Shown: one piece after another, positions 37,854 through 47,506 of the stretch
Layout: the number at the start of each line of letters is the position of its first letter
Position numbering within the stretch: position 1 is the stretch's first letter
Assembly: GCA_026396805.1 (NCBI GenBank)
Contig: JAPLVZ010000004.1
Coordinates: forward strand, 13,601 to 77,600
DNA length: 64,000 nucleotides
DNA from: Candidatus Falkowbacteria bacterium
GTDB taxonomy: Bacteria; Patescibacteriota; Patescibacteriia; Patescibacteriales; UBA12465
Reading direction: 5' to 3'
The notes under the pieces: generated by a model
Databases searched by the model: none
Seen by the model: the letters and a program-made list of their open reading frames with translations, nothing else
What the model was told of the DNA's origin: nothing
Made by a program: the position numbers and the translations under genes

Positions 37854-39122
37854 ATGAACGAATTATCCGGAAAATTCATCGTCATCGACGGCACCGACGG
37901 CAGCGGCAAGACCACGCAGCTCTGTTTGCTGAAGGCGCGTTTGGAAGAGGAAGGATATGATGTCGCCATCGCCGACTTTCCTCAATACAACACTAAATCA
38001 GCCGGCTTGGTGGAAGAATATCTGTCCGGAAAGTATGGACAGGCGGAGGAAGTTAACTCCTATCAAGCTTCCATTTTTTACGCCGTTGACCGCTACGACG
38101 CCAGTTTTAAAATTCGCCAGTGGTTGGCCGAGGGCAAGATTGTGCTGGCTAACCGCTACACCAGCGCCAACATGGGCCATCAGGGCGGTAAAATTGCCAA
38201 TCCGCTGGAAAGGAAAGTTTTTTTTAATTGGTTATATGATTTAGAATATAAAATTTTTGAGATTCCTCGTCCCGACCTATCTATCATCTTGCACGTCGAA
38301 TCGGCCGTCGCCCAGGAACTGGCCAAAACCAGAGCGCGCGAGGATTGGATCGGAAAAAAAGCCGATATTCATGAAGATAATCTGGATCATTTAAAAAAAG
38401 CGGAACTCATTTATTTGGAAATAGCTAATAGTTTCCCGGATTTTAAGCTAATCAGCTGCACTAAAAATAATGCCATATTGAGCCGGGAGGAAATCAGTCT
38501 GCTAATCTGGCCGGCGGTCAAAAAAATCATCGCCGGAGATATTTTTCAAAGTCGCGATTTCCAGGCCGTTGGCAATATCATCGGTTCCAATCGCCAAATT
38601 GTCGATAACCGGGAAATTATTTTTGACAACCGTAAGGCGAGCGAGCCAGCCATAAAAAATGATGTTAACGATGTTCCGGTTATAAAAAATAATCTTCCGG
38701 CCAAACTGATAATCGAGAAAGTCAGTCCGCAAGCCAAGTTGCCGCAAAAGGCGCATCCGGGCGATGCCGGCTATGATTTGTACGCCAATAATTATTACTC
38801 CATTCCTCCCTACGGCCAAGACCTCGTGGGTAGCGGGGTTAAGATGGTCATACCCGAGGGTTATGTCGGCTTGATCTGGGATAAAAGCGGTCTGGCTTTT
38901 CAAGGAATCAAGATGATGGGCGGAGTTATTGACTCCAATTATCGCGGCGAGATAAAAATGGTCGTCAAGAATCTAAGTGAAGACGATTTTAATATCATTC
39001 CCGGCCAGAAAATCGCTCAAATACTTATCCAACCGGTGTTGGATTTAGAAATAAGCGAAGAACCAATTATTGACGAGACCGAGCGCCAAGCCAACGGCTT
39101 CGGCAGTTCGGGTCAATTCTAA
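37854..39122 (+). CDS. bifunctional thymidylate kinase / dUTP diphosphatase fusion
   Basis: N-terminal Tmk motifs DGTDGSGKTTQ and DRY. After a ~60-aa linker comes a complete trimeric dUTPase: AGYDLYA, DKSGLA, GVIDSNYRGE, GQKIAQIL, and C-terminal RQANGFGSSG. Confidence 0.75.
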   Translation: MNELSGKFIVIDGTDGSGKTTQLCLLKARLEEEGYDVAIADFPQYNTKSAGLVEEYLSGKYGQAEEVNSYQASIFYAVDRYDASFKIRQWLAEGKIVLANRYTSANMGHQGGKIANPLERKVFFNWLYDLEYKIFEIPRPDLSIILHVESAVAQELAKTRAREDWIGKKADIHEDNLDHLKKAELIYLEIANSFPDFKLISCTKNNAILSREEISLLIWPAVKKIIAGDIFQSRDFQAVGNIIGSNRQIVDNREIIFDNRKASEPAIKNDVNDVPVIKNNLPAKLIIEKVSPQAKLPQKAHPGDAGYDLYANNYYSIPPYGQDLVGSGVKMVIPEGYVGLIWDKSGLAFQGIKMMGGVIDSNYRGEIKMVVKNLSEDDFNIIPGQKIAQILIQPVLDLEISEEPIIDETERQANGFGSSGQF

Positions 39123-39123
39123 T

Positions 39124-40653
39124 ATGAAATACGACGCTATTATCGGCCTGGAAATCCACGCCGAACTTAAGACCAAGAGCAAGATGTTCTGCTCTTGCGA
39201 TAACGACGCCTCTGACAAAGCGCCGAATACTACGGTCTGTCCGATCTGCCTCGGCCATCCCGGAACCTTGCCCGTCCCGAATAAGCAGGCGATTGATTGG
39301 ACAATACTCACCGGTCTGGCTTTACATAGTAAGATAAACCGTTTATCAAAATTCGACCGCAAAAATTATTTTTACCCCGACCTGCCTAAAGGCTATCAGA
39401 TATCCCAATATGATCAGCCGCTCGCTTCCGGAGGGTATTTAGAAATAGACGGCGATAAAATACTCCTCACTCGCATCCATTTGGAAGAAGACACCGGCAA
39501 ATCTTCCCATAAGAAAGAATCCGACTATACGCTTCTGGATTTCAACCGCGCCGGCACGCCTCTGATGGAATTAGTGACCAAGCCGGTCATTAAGAGCGCC
39601 GAGCAGGCGAAAAAATTCTGCCAAGCTTATCAGCAAATCTTGCGTTATCTGGGTACAAGCGGCGCCGATATGGAAAAAGGCGAAATGCGTTGCGAAGCGA
39701 ATGTCAGCGCCCAGGCGGCCGGGACCTGGGAATATAAGGACGGTAAAATAATTCCCAAAAAGAAAGGCTGGTTTGGCGGCGGCCGGCATGAACTCAATCC
39801 GAAAGTGGAAGTAAAAAATATCAATTCTTTCCGCGCCGTGGCCAAAGCGATTAATTTTGAAATCAAGCGCCAAACCGAATTATTGGAGAAAGGAGAAAAA
39901 ATAAGCGCCGAAACTCGCGGCTGGGATGATAATAAATCCGCCACCGTCAGCCAGCGCGTCAAAGAAAGCGCGGCCGATTACCGTTATTTTCCCGAACCCG
40001 ATATTCCTCCGCTGAAAATCGGCGAAGACTGGCTGGAGCGCTTGATGACAGAACTGCCGGAAATGCCGCTGGCTAAAAAACAGCGTTTTATGGCGGAGTA
40101 TAAATTTTCGCCGGCTATGGCGGAAATTTTGACTTATGACAAGAATCTGGCCGATTGGACGGAGAATGTTATTTCCGAACTGGACGCCTGGATAGAAGCT
40201 AACGGCGACAGCGAAGCGCGCCAAGAAAGGCGCTTGGCTAAGGCGGCGGCTAATCTCATCAGCGGCCCGCTCTTAAAGCATTTGAACGCGGATAATAAAA
40301 AAATCGGTGATTTAAAGATAACGGCCGAAAATTTTGCCGAACTGACCTGCTTAATTTATCAAGGGAAGGTTAATTCCAGCGCCGGACAAAATATTTTAGA
40401 AAAAATGTATCACAGCGGCGGCGACCCGACTGATATCATGCGCGATTCGGGATTAGAACAACTCGACGACAGCGCCGAACTGGAAAAAGTCGCTCTCAAA
40501 GTCCTGGCGGCTAATCCGGATCAGGCCGTTCAATATAAAAACGGAAAAGTTAAGGTTATTCAATTCTTGGTCGGGAACCTGATGGCGGCCACCGACGGCA
40601 AAGCCAACCCGAAAATCGCTAGAGAGATATTGGAAAAAATCCTGAATCAATAG
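39124..40653 (+). CDS. gatB: aspartyl/glutamyl-tRNA amidotransferase subunit B
   Basis: MKYDAIIGLEIHAEL..., CDNDASDKAPNTTVCPICLGHPG, C-terminal GatB/YqeY domain. Start moved to the ATG at 39124. Confidence 0.85.
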   Translation: MKYDAIIGLEIHAELKTKSKMFCSCDNDASDKAPNTTVCPICLGHPGTLPVPNKQAIDWTILTGLALHSKINRLSKFDRKNYFYPDLPKGYQISQYDQPLASGGYLEIDGDKILLTRIHLEEDTGKSSHKKESDYTLLDFNRAGTPLMELVTKPVIKSAEQAKKFCQAYQQILRYLGTSGADMEKGEMRCEANVSAQAAGTWEYKDGKIIPKKKGWFGGGRHELNPKVEVKNINSFRAVAKAINFEIKRQTELLEKGEKISAETRGWDDNKSATVSQRVKESAADYRYFPEPDIPPLKIGEDWLERLMTELPEMPLAKKQRFMAEYKFSPAMAEILTYDKNLADWTENVISELDAWIEANGDSEARQERRLAKAAANLISGPLLKHLNADNKKIGDLKITAENFAELTCLIYQGKVNSSAGQNILEKMYHSGGDPTDIMRDSGLEQLDDSAELEKVALKVLAANPDQAVQYKNGKVKVIQFLVGNLMAATDGKANPKIAREILEKILNQ

Positions 40654-40676
40654 AGTTTCCATTTTAAAAATTCTTG

Positions 40677-40710
40677 CCAAAAGCCCCGTTCTTAAAACGA
40701 GGCTTTTTTG
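40677..40710. terminator. bidirectional terminator between gatB and miaA
   Basis: Stem AAAAGCCCCGTT / AACGAGGCTTTT with one mismatch, with an A-run and a T-run on the flanks. Confidence 0.55.
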
Positions 40711-40738
40711 TTCTGTGTTTTATAATTTCGGCGCCCAT

Positions 40739-41725
40739 TTAAAATAATGGCGGCGCCCACTTTTTAATCTTTCTTTCGGCCGCAGCCGCATCTTTAACCC
40801 AATTTATTTTCGCGCCCTGTTTTTCCCAGCGCCTGAACCAAGTCTTTTGGCGCTTGGCAAAACGATATAAAGCAATGCTTAATTTTTCTACCATTGTCTG
40901 ATAAGACAATTCCCCGAGAAGATGGCGGCTGACAAATTTATATTCCAAACCGAAAGCCTGCAGGCGCTCCCAGGAAACGCCTTCATCATTAAGGCGCTTC
41001 ACTTCGGCGACCAGACCTTCTTTTTCCAAACGATCCAGTAAACGCTGGACTATTTTTTTACGTAAAACCTCATTCGGAGAGTTGAGCCCGAGGAGCAAAA
41101 AATCATAAGGGCTCTTCCGGCGACCAACTTTTTCCAAACCGCCCGCTTCAATAATTTCCAAATACCGGGCCAAGCGGCGCGGATTATTTTTATCGCTATT
41201 ATTAAGCCGAACGGCAAAATCCGGCTTCTTTTTAGCGACCAGCGCAAATAAACGCGTGGCGCTCATCTTCTCCCATTTGGCTCGATTAACCGAATGCGCG
41301 CGGACACTGGATAAATCATAATTATCCACCAAAGCTTGCAGGTATAAACCGCTACCGCCGACAACCAGCGGCAACTTCTGGCGACACAAGATATCATTAA
41401 TCGCTTTAAAGGCCAGCTTCTGATACTTTGCCAAATCAAACCGCGTCTTCGGAGAGGCGACGTCAATTAGATGATAAGGAATAGTCTTGCGGCCAAGTTT
41501 ATATTCCGCCAGATCCTTACCGGTACCAATATCCAACCCCTTATAGACCTGGCGGCTATCGGCGCTGACTATTTCCCCGTTGAATTTAGCGGCCAATTTC
41601 ACCCCCAGACCAGTCTTCCCGGCCGAGGTCGTGCCTAAAATAACCAAAACTTTCGGCTTATTTTTCAAGGTTTTTGACTTATTATCCGGAACTTTTGGCT
41701 TATTATTGTGGGTAAATTTGGCCAT
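40739..41725 (-). CDS. miaA: tRNA dimethylallyltransferase
   Basis: P-loop ILGTTSAGKTGL, then SADSRQVYKGLDIGTGK. Confidence 0.85.
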   Translation of the reverse strand: MAKFTHNNKPKVPDNKSKTLKNKPKVLVILGTTSAGKTGLGVKLAAKFNGEIVSADSRQVYKGLDIGTGKDLAEYKLGRKTIPYHLIDVASPKTRFDLAKYQKLAFKAINDILCRQKLPLVVGGSGLYLQALVDNYDLSSVRAHSVNRAKWEKMSATRLFALVAKKKPDFAVRLNNSDKNNPRRLARYLEIIEAGGLEKVGRRKSPYDFLLLGLNSPNEVLRKKIVQRLLDRLEKEGLVAEVKRLNDEGVSWERLQAFGLEYKFVSRHLLGELSYQTMVEKLSIALYRFAKRQKTWFRRWEKQGAKINWVKDAAAAERKIKKWAPPLF

Positions 41726-41736
41726 ATTTCAAGATT
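41708..41736 (+). promoter_or_regulatory. putative extended -10 promoter (TTGGCC-N17-TGcTATAAT)
   Basis: TGCTATAAT at 41728-41736, with the -35-like hexamer overlapping the miaA start codon. Confidence 0.35.
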
Positions 41737-41790
41737 ATGCTATAATAATAACAGTTATTTTCACAATGTTTAACGAAAAAAAAGAGAGTC

Positions 41791-41952
41791 ATGACGAAAA
41801 ACAAAGCTTCTCCAAGCGCTTTAAATAGCGCAAAAACAAACTCCGGCAGTATTTTCAGTGCAGCTAACGGTTTTACAGGAAGTAATGGTAATTCAGGCCA
41901 CAACCCAGGTGCAGGTGGTAGTTTTACCGGAAATGCTTTATCAAGCATATAG
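41791..41952 (+). CDS. small Gly/Ser/Asn-rich peptide (53 aa), unannotated by the >=60-aa ORF track
   Basis: ATG at 41791 preceded by AAGAGAG. Translation: MTKNKASPSALNSAKTNSGSIFSAANGFTGSNGNSGHNPGAGGSFTGNALSSI. It is bracketed by a promoter and a terminator. Confidence 0.35.
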   Translation: MTKNKASPSALNSAKTNSGSIFSAANGFTGSNGNSGHNPGAGGSFTGNALSSI

Positions 41953-42013
41953 GATCATCACGAGATCGCCCGGGCTTGGGAAGAATAAGCTTGTTTGATA
42001 AGAGTATTAGGGG

Positions 42014-42047
42014 GGTTAAGTTTCATACTTAACCTCTTTTATTTTTG
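42014..42047 (+). terminator. rho-independent terminator (plus strand) overlapping miaB stop codon
   Basis: 8-bp perfect stem GGTTAAGT / ACTTAACC with loop TTCAT, then TCTTTTATTTTTG. Confidence 0.55.
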
Positions 42048-43414
42048 CCTTTTGAACTTTTGTTTTTTAAAGACTCGACCACCAAATTCCCTTCCAATCC
42101 AAACGCCAATGCTTTATTAATCTTGACCTTAACGAAATTCCCTATCAGCCCATTTTGAAAACCCTCTGCCGGCCCATCCTTAGAATCGCCCTTAACATCG
42201 GCATTAATCAGAACCGTCTGATAACTGCCGGTCTTGCCGTAATACTTACCGCGCCTATTTTGTCCTTCAACTAATACTTCCATTATTTCTCCCAGATGCG
42301 ACTGGTTATTTTTTGCCGCGGTTATTTTCAAAATTTCATTAATTCCACTAGCGCGACGTTTTTTCTCCGAGGTGCTGACATTATCCTTCATTTTATAAGA
42401 AACCGTGCCCGGACGCGGGCTGTACTTAGCGATGTACGCGAGATCAAAATTAACCACTTTGAATAATTTAACGGTGTTTAAAAATTGCGCCTTGGTCTCC
42501 CCCGGAAAACCGACGATAACATCGGTCGTAATCGCGATGCCCGGTCGGACGGCCCGCACCCGCTTGATTAAATCTTGATAATATTTAGCCGTATAACCGC
42601 GATTCATGGCTTTTAAAATCTTATCATCGCCGGACTGAACCGCCAGATGCAGATGCGGACAGACTTTGGGCGATAAACCGATAACTCTTATTAAGTCAGC
42701 GCTCATATCTTTCGGGTGGCTGGAAGAAAAACGAATCCAAAATTTTCCCGGAATCTTAATGACTTTTTCCAAGAGCGCCGGGAATTTTATTTTGGCGTCA
42801 TGATAACTATTGACGTTTTGGGCGATAAGAATTATTTCCTTGTAACCGTTCTTAAGTAAACCGCATACTTCCTTTAAGATACTATCCGCGTCGCGATAAA
42901 CTTCCTGGCCGCGCGCGTAAGGCACGACGCAATAAGAACAGAAATTATTACAGCCGTTACCGATGGGGATATAGGCGGTAGTTTTGCTCTCGTGCTTCGG
43001 CTTAATGTCCAAATATTTTTCTCCTTGCTCTAACCGGACTTCATCCAGGCTGAAATGCGACTTAAATTCTTCCCCGCCTAGAAGCTCGGGTAAACGCGGC
43101 ATCTCGCTGATAGGTAAAAAAACGTCCGCCCGGCCGGCCAAGCGTTTTTTCACGTCCGCCCGCTTGCTTAAACAGCCGGCAATAACTACTTTCGCGCTCG
43201 GATTGAATTTCCTGACCTGGTCAACCAGGCCATAAACTCGGTCTTCGGCCGTTTGGCGGATGCCGCAAGTGTTAATGATAACGACGTCAGCGCGCTTAAA
43301 ATCGGGCGAGGCCTGATAGCCCCCGGATTCTAAAAAGGCGGCCAAGCGTTCGCTGTCGACCTTGTTCATCTGGCAGCCGATGGTGATTATATGATAGGTC
43401 TTATTATTTTTCAT
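42029..43414 (-). CDS. miaB: tRNA-i6A37 methylthiotransferase MiaB (radical SAM)
   Basis: MTTase N-domain Cys, radical-SAM GNGCNNFCSYCVVP, C-terminal TRAM domain, 461 aa. Confidence 0.85.
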   Translation of the reverse strand: MKNNKTYHIITIGCQMNKVDSERLAAFLESGGYQASPDFKRADVVIINTCGIRQTAEDRVYGLVDQVRKFNPSAKVVIAGCLSKRADVKKRLAGRADVFLPISEMPRLPELLGGEEFKSHFSLDEVRLEQGEKYLDIKPKHESKTTAYIPIGNGCNNFCSYCVVPYARGQEVYRDADSILKEVCGLLKNGYKEIILIAQNVNSYHDAKIKFPALLEKVIKIPGKFWIRFSSSHPKDMSADLIRVIGLSPKVCPHLHLAVQSGDDKILKAMNRGYTAKYYQDLIKRVRAVRPGIAITTDVIVGFPGETKAQFLNTVKLFKVVNFDLAYIAKYSPRPGTVSYKMKDNVSTSEKKRRASGINEILKITAAKNNQSHLGEIMEVLVEGQNRRGKYYGKTGSYQTVLINADVKGDSKDGPAEGFQNGLIGNFVKVKINKALAFGLEGNLVVESLKNKSSKGKNKRG

Positions 43415-43557
43415 ATATAATTTAATATTAAAGTTTAGAAATATATTTTTTCCGTTCAGGATTTTTTCTGTGGTAAAATTTATCCGCTTCGCATCTAAAT
43501 TTTACATTACGAAAAAATATTCTCTCCAAAAACATATTTCTAAACTTTAAAACAATC

Positions 43558-45357
43558 TCATTGTTTAATCAAAATAGTGCTTGTCGAAGTAACCGCCGGC
43601 ACACTTGTCACCGCTTCCAATTTATATAACCCGAATTTCGCGTTAATCTTCTTGATCTCCGTCATCTTCAGGCCATAGGCGGCGAATTTATTCTGATTCA
43701 GATAATCGACGGCGGCGCCATCGAGATAAAAATTATAATAATAAACCGGATAATAACGAACCAATTTCACGGTCGCTTTTAAAATACCGTCATCGGGTAA
43801 GAGACCCATGATAACACGCCGTTCCGGCCAGAAAAACTTATCATAATACCGGGTTATTATTATTCCCTCTTTATCCGTTAACGCCCAAACCCGCCGGGTA
43901 TTCAATTTCTCCTCTTGATTATTATAGTAAAGATAAGTTAGACCCTCTTCCGAACCGTAAAGCACAAAAATTATCGAGACGGACGCGAAAACCAGAATGG
44001 CGGCGGATTGCAAACCGGTCGCAATCAGCCGCCGGACGCGCGCCGTACTCTTGGCGCTCATAAGCAACAGCGCCCGGGAAACGCGAACCAGGGCCAAGGC
44101 CGAGAAAGGCATCAACCCCAGATAAAATGGCAGCCAATAACGGGTATAGGAATTGCCGATAGTATAACTGGTCAGATTCGGATTATCATTAAAGCTCCAA
44201 CTGCCATAGTAGATAATCAGAAAAGCGCTCAAAAATAACCAGGCTAGAACATAAACCAGATATTTTTTCTGAAAACGCCGGCAGTTCTGAATAATCAGGA
44301 GTAATATTCCCGCCAAACCGGAGTAAAGCAAAACCGGAAACATTTTTAGGACATAATTTACGAACATGATTTTTGACTGTTCCGGATTAAAACCAAAGTA
44401 AAAAATATTATTAAATATTTTTGAGAAATAATCGTGGTAATAAGCCAGGTTGTGCAGACCCCAGCCGAATTTAAAAATGGCGCCGCCGGTTTTAACAATA
44501 TCTTCCAAGGATCGATTCATTTCATTATAGCCGCCATGCCAGAAAGAACCATATAAAATCTGATTATAATAAGCGGCCAAAAGTAAAGGTAGAGCCAGGC
44601 CGCCGATAAACAAAATCGTTTTCGTAAGGCCATACCGGCGCGCGTAAAATATCCAGATAATAAATAGCGCCGGCAAGAGCCAAAGGACCTCTGAAGTGCG
44701 GGTAATTATCGCCAAGCCGATAAAAATACCGGCGGCGAGAGCGGCCGCGAATTCCCACCAAGTACGGCCGGATAATTTCCAGGTCAGGAAAGCGGTTTTT
44801 ATTTTTTCTTTCTTTATGCCTAAGGCTAATAAGAATAAATATAACCCGGCTAAGAGTAAGACGATAAACAGAATATTATGAAACATGCTCCGAACGGTAT
44901 AATAAATATAGACCGGGAAAGACGCCAACAAAAAAGCCGACCAGAGGCCGACGCGTTCCGTAAATAGGCACCTGATAATCAGATAAAATAAAATAAGGCC
45001 CAGGGCGGCGAAAAGGGGGGTTAAGTAGGGAATAACGGCGATGTCGGTCGCGGCGGCGATAGCGCCATAAATTAAACTGATGCCTAAAAAACTGACCGGT
45101 TTGATAAAGCCGCTGTCGCTCCGGACACTCCGCGGCATGACCATATTATCACCGCGCAGATTCGCCTGATCAAAAACCGCCAGTTCGCCGGTCAAAGCGA
45201 AGTTTTTCGCAAAAAAATAATTGGCGGTTTCATCCGGAGAAGACCATTTGACGTAATTAGCTTCTTGACCCAAGTAATTGAAACTGACGGTGGCTATAAA
45301 AAAAGCCAATGCCAAAAAACTGACAATTATTAGATTAGCGTGTTTTTTTAAAAACAT
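43558..45357 (-). CDS. polytopic membrane protein, GT-C fold glycosyltransferase-like (ArnT/PMT-like)
   Basis: 599 aa with ~12 TM helices and an extracytoplasmic C-terminal domain. Confidence 0.45.
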   Translation of the reverse strand: MFLKKHANLIIVSFLALAFFIATVSFNYLGQEANYVKWSSPDETANYFFAKNFALTGELAVFDQANLRGDNMVMPRSVRSDSGFIKPVSFLGISLIYGAIAAATDIAVIPYLTPLFAALGLILFYLIIRCLFTERVGLWSAFLLASFPVYIYYTVRSMFHNILFIVLLLAGLYLFLLALGIKKEKIKTAFLTWKLSGRTWWEFAAALAAGIFIGLAIITRTSEVLWLLPALFIIWIFYARRYGLTKTILFIGGLALPLLLAAYYNQILYGSFWHGGYNEMNRSLEDIVKTGGAIFKFGWGLHNLAYYHDYFSKIFNNIFYFGFNPEQSKIMFVNYVLKMFPVLLYSGLAGILLLIIQNCRRFQKKYLVYVLAWLFLSAFLIIYYGSWSFNDNPNLTSYTIGNSYTRYWLPFYLGLMPFSALALVRVSRALLLMSAKSTARVRRLIATGLQSAAILVFASVSIIFVLYGSEEGLTYLYYNNQEEKLNTRRVWALTDKEGIIITRYYDKFFWPERRVIMGLLPDDGILKATVKLVRYYPVYYYNFYLDGAAVDYLNQNKFAAYGLKMTEIKKINAKFGLYKLEAVTSVPAVTSTSTILIKQ

Positions 45358-45419
45358 TTTATTTACACTCGATAAACGAAACTCGCGCGCCTCTGTTTTA
45401 GTAAAGTATTTCTTTTTTA

Positions 45420-47462
45420 ATGTTATCCGAAATTGCCAATTTTAGCAAGAATTTGCTATCATTAAAGCATATGCTTAAATACCCGAAATTAACTAAGATT
45501 AACGGCCACTGGCTTGACTATATTCTACTTTTAAGTTCCTTAATTATTATCTGGGGGGCGATAATTTATTATCTCTACGCGCTTAATACGGCGGGAATAA
45601 TTTTAACCGGTTTTTTAACAATTCTAAGCTTTTTTTGGACAAAAGGCTTTTTTTTAAGGGGAAAAGATAGAAATGGAGAAAGTGAAAAATCGACCGGAAA
45701 ATCAACCAATCTGATAAATTACCTAATATTAAATAAAATTAATTTAGCCCTGATTGTCGGCTATTTCATTCTTGTCGCTTTGGCTTTTTATCGCTTTTGC
45801 CAAGCCAGAAGCGACCGAGCGCTAATTTCCCCCTGGCAAGTCATTAATTATGACTTCTTCTGGTTTTACGCCTTAAGCGCTCTAGTTTTAACCGTCCTAT
45901 TATCAAGAACCAAAATTAAGACCGGCTTAAAACTCGTTTTGATTTCGGTTTATTATTTCCTGTCTTTTGGCGCGGCGGTTATAATTTATAAAATCGGCTA
46001 TGGCTTTGATCCTTTTATCCATCAAGCGACTATGGAGCTCATCGCCGCTAAAGGCGTGGTCCTGCCAAAGACGCCTTATTATTTAGGCGAATACAGTCTC
46101 ATTATAATACTATCTAAAATCAGCGGCCTGACAATTTATTTTTTGAATAAATTTTTGGTTCCCGCTCTCGCCGCTTTGTTTCTGCCGGCCGCCTTATTTA
46201 ATTTTTTAAAAAGCCGGGTAAAATCATCTCCGGCAATTTTTTTGACAATCTTATTTTTATTGATTTTAAGCTTCTCGCCTTTCATCGCCACCACGCCGCA
46301 AAACTTAAGCTATCTTTTTTTGATTCTAGCCGTCCTCTCCGCCGCCAGCTCCGATAATTTCGGGCGTACCTTGATATTGTCTTTAGCCTCGGCCGCTATC
46401 CATCCCCTGGCCGGTTTGCCGGCCATCGCTCTAACCGCGTTCATCGCGCTTAAAAAATATGAGGACCGGATAAAATCCGAATGGAGAAAAATAATCAAAA
46501 CAGCTATTTGGCTATTCACCGTCTGGTCCATTCCGACCGCTCTCTTTTTCAGTTCCGGCGCGGAGCGAGCGAGTATCGGTGGCGGAAAAATACTTCTGGC
46601 CTCGTGGCTGAACCTATTGGGCGCACCGACTGGCGCCGGACGCGAAGATATTATCTCCAATTTTATTTATCTGCTGACTGATAATTATCCGCTGATAATA
46701 ATCTTGATAATCATTTCCGCTTTATGGTATGTCAGCCGTTCAAAAAATATTCCGGAACATTTCCGGACGGCTAACCGCGGATTGATTTTCATTTCTTCCG
46801 CTCTGCTTCTCGCTTATTTCCTTAGCGGACAAATAATTTTTGACGGAATCATTAATTATGAACAGTCCGGTTACGCGAATCGCCTTCTCATCGCAATCAT
46901 AATATTTTTGCTTCCGAGCCTCGCTCTCCTTTTGGAAAATATCATCAGTCGCGTCTTTCAAGCCAAGCCGGCGGTCCGAATAATCTGGCTGGGTCTCGGC
47001 CTTAGCGTTTTAAGCGCCAGTCTGTATGTTTCCTATCCGCGTTTTGATAAATATTTCAACAGCCGCGGTTATAGCACCGGCGCTAACGATATCGCCGCCG
47101 TAAATTCCATCGACGCCGAGGCGCGCGCGCCTTATATTGTTTTAGCGAACCAGCCGGTCAGCGTGGCCGCTCTTCAGTCTTTCGGTTTCAATCATTATTA
47201 TCAAACCAGTGTCGGCGAACTTTATTTTTATCCGATTCCGACCGGCAGTCCTTTATACCAATATTACTTGGATATGGTATACAAAAACCCCGACCGAGCC
47301 AGCCTGATTAAAGCCTTGGATCTCGCCGGAGTCGATAATGGCTATCTGGTTGTAAATAAGTATTGGAATCAGAGCGGCCGTGTTATCGGTGAAGCAAAAC
47401 TTACGGCCGACAAATGGTGGACGATAAATAATGAAGTTTTTATCTTTAAATACGAGCGCTGA
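45420..47462 (+). CDS. polytopic membrane protein (second GT-C-like/unknown), divergent from previous
   Basis: 680 aa with >12 TM helices and a C-terminal soluble ~120 aa. Confidence 0.4.
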   Translation: MLSEIANFSKNLLSLKHMLKYPKLTKINGHWLDYILLLSSLIIIWGAIIYYLYALNTAGIILTGFLTILSFFWTKGFFLRGKDRNGESEKSTGKSTNLINYLILNKINLALIVGYFILVALAFYRFCQARSDRALISPWQVINYDFFWFYALSALVLTVLLSRTKIKTGLKLVLISVYYFLSFGAAVIIYKIGYGFDPFIHQATMELIAAKGVVLPKTPYYLGEYSLIIILSKISGLTIYFLNKFLVPALAALFLPAALFNFLKSRVKSSPAIFLTILFLLILSFSPFIATTPQNLSYLFLILAVLSAASSDNFGRTLILSLASAAIHPLAGLPAIALTAFIALKKYEDRIKSEWRKIIKTAIWLFTVWSIPTALFFSSGAERASIGGGKILLASWLNLLGAPTGAGREDIISNFIYLLTDNYPLIIILIIISALWYVSRSKNIPEHFRTANRGLIFISSALLLAYFLSGQIIFDGIINYEQSGYANRLLIAIIIFLLPSLALLLENIISRVFQAKPAVRIIWLGLGLSVLSASLYVSYPRFDKYFNSRGYSTGANDIAAVNSIDAEARAPYIVLANQPVSVAALQSFGFNHYYQTSVGELYFYPIPTGSPLYQYYLDMVYKNPDRASLIKALDLAGVDNGYLVVNKYWNQSGRVIGEAKLTADKWWTINNEVFIFKYER

Positions 47463-47506
47463 TAAATCGCCACTGCTCTTCTCGGTTTGAACCGCCGTTA
47501 ACGGCT

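Noticed and set aside
41580-41828. 82-aa plus-strand ORF overlapping miaA start
   Set aside because: It is in a different frame from the better-supported small peptide gene, overlaps the miaA N-terminus, and has no signals.
41703-41948. 81-aa minus-strand ORF in the miaA-miaB spacer
   Set aside because: It would run into the miaA start and lacks an SD and a promoter. The plus-strand 53-aa frame has a promoter, an SD and a terminator and is preferred, though neither is proven.
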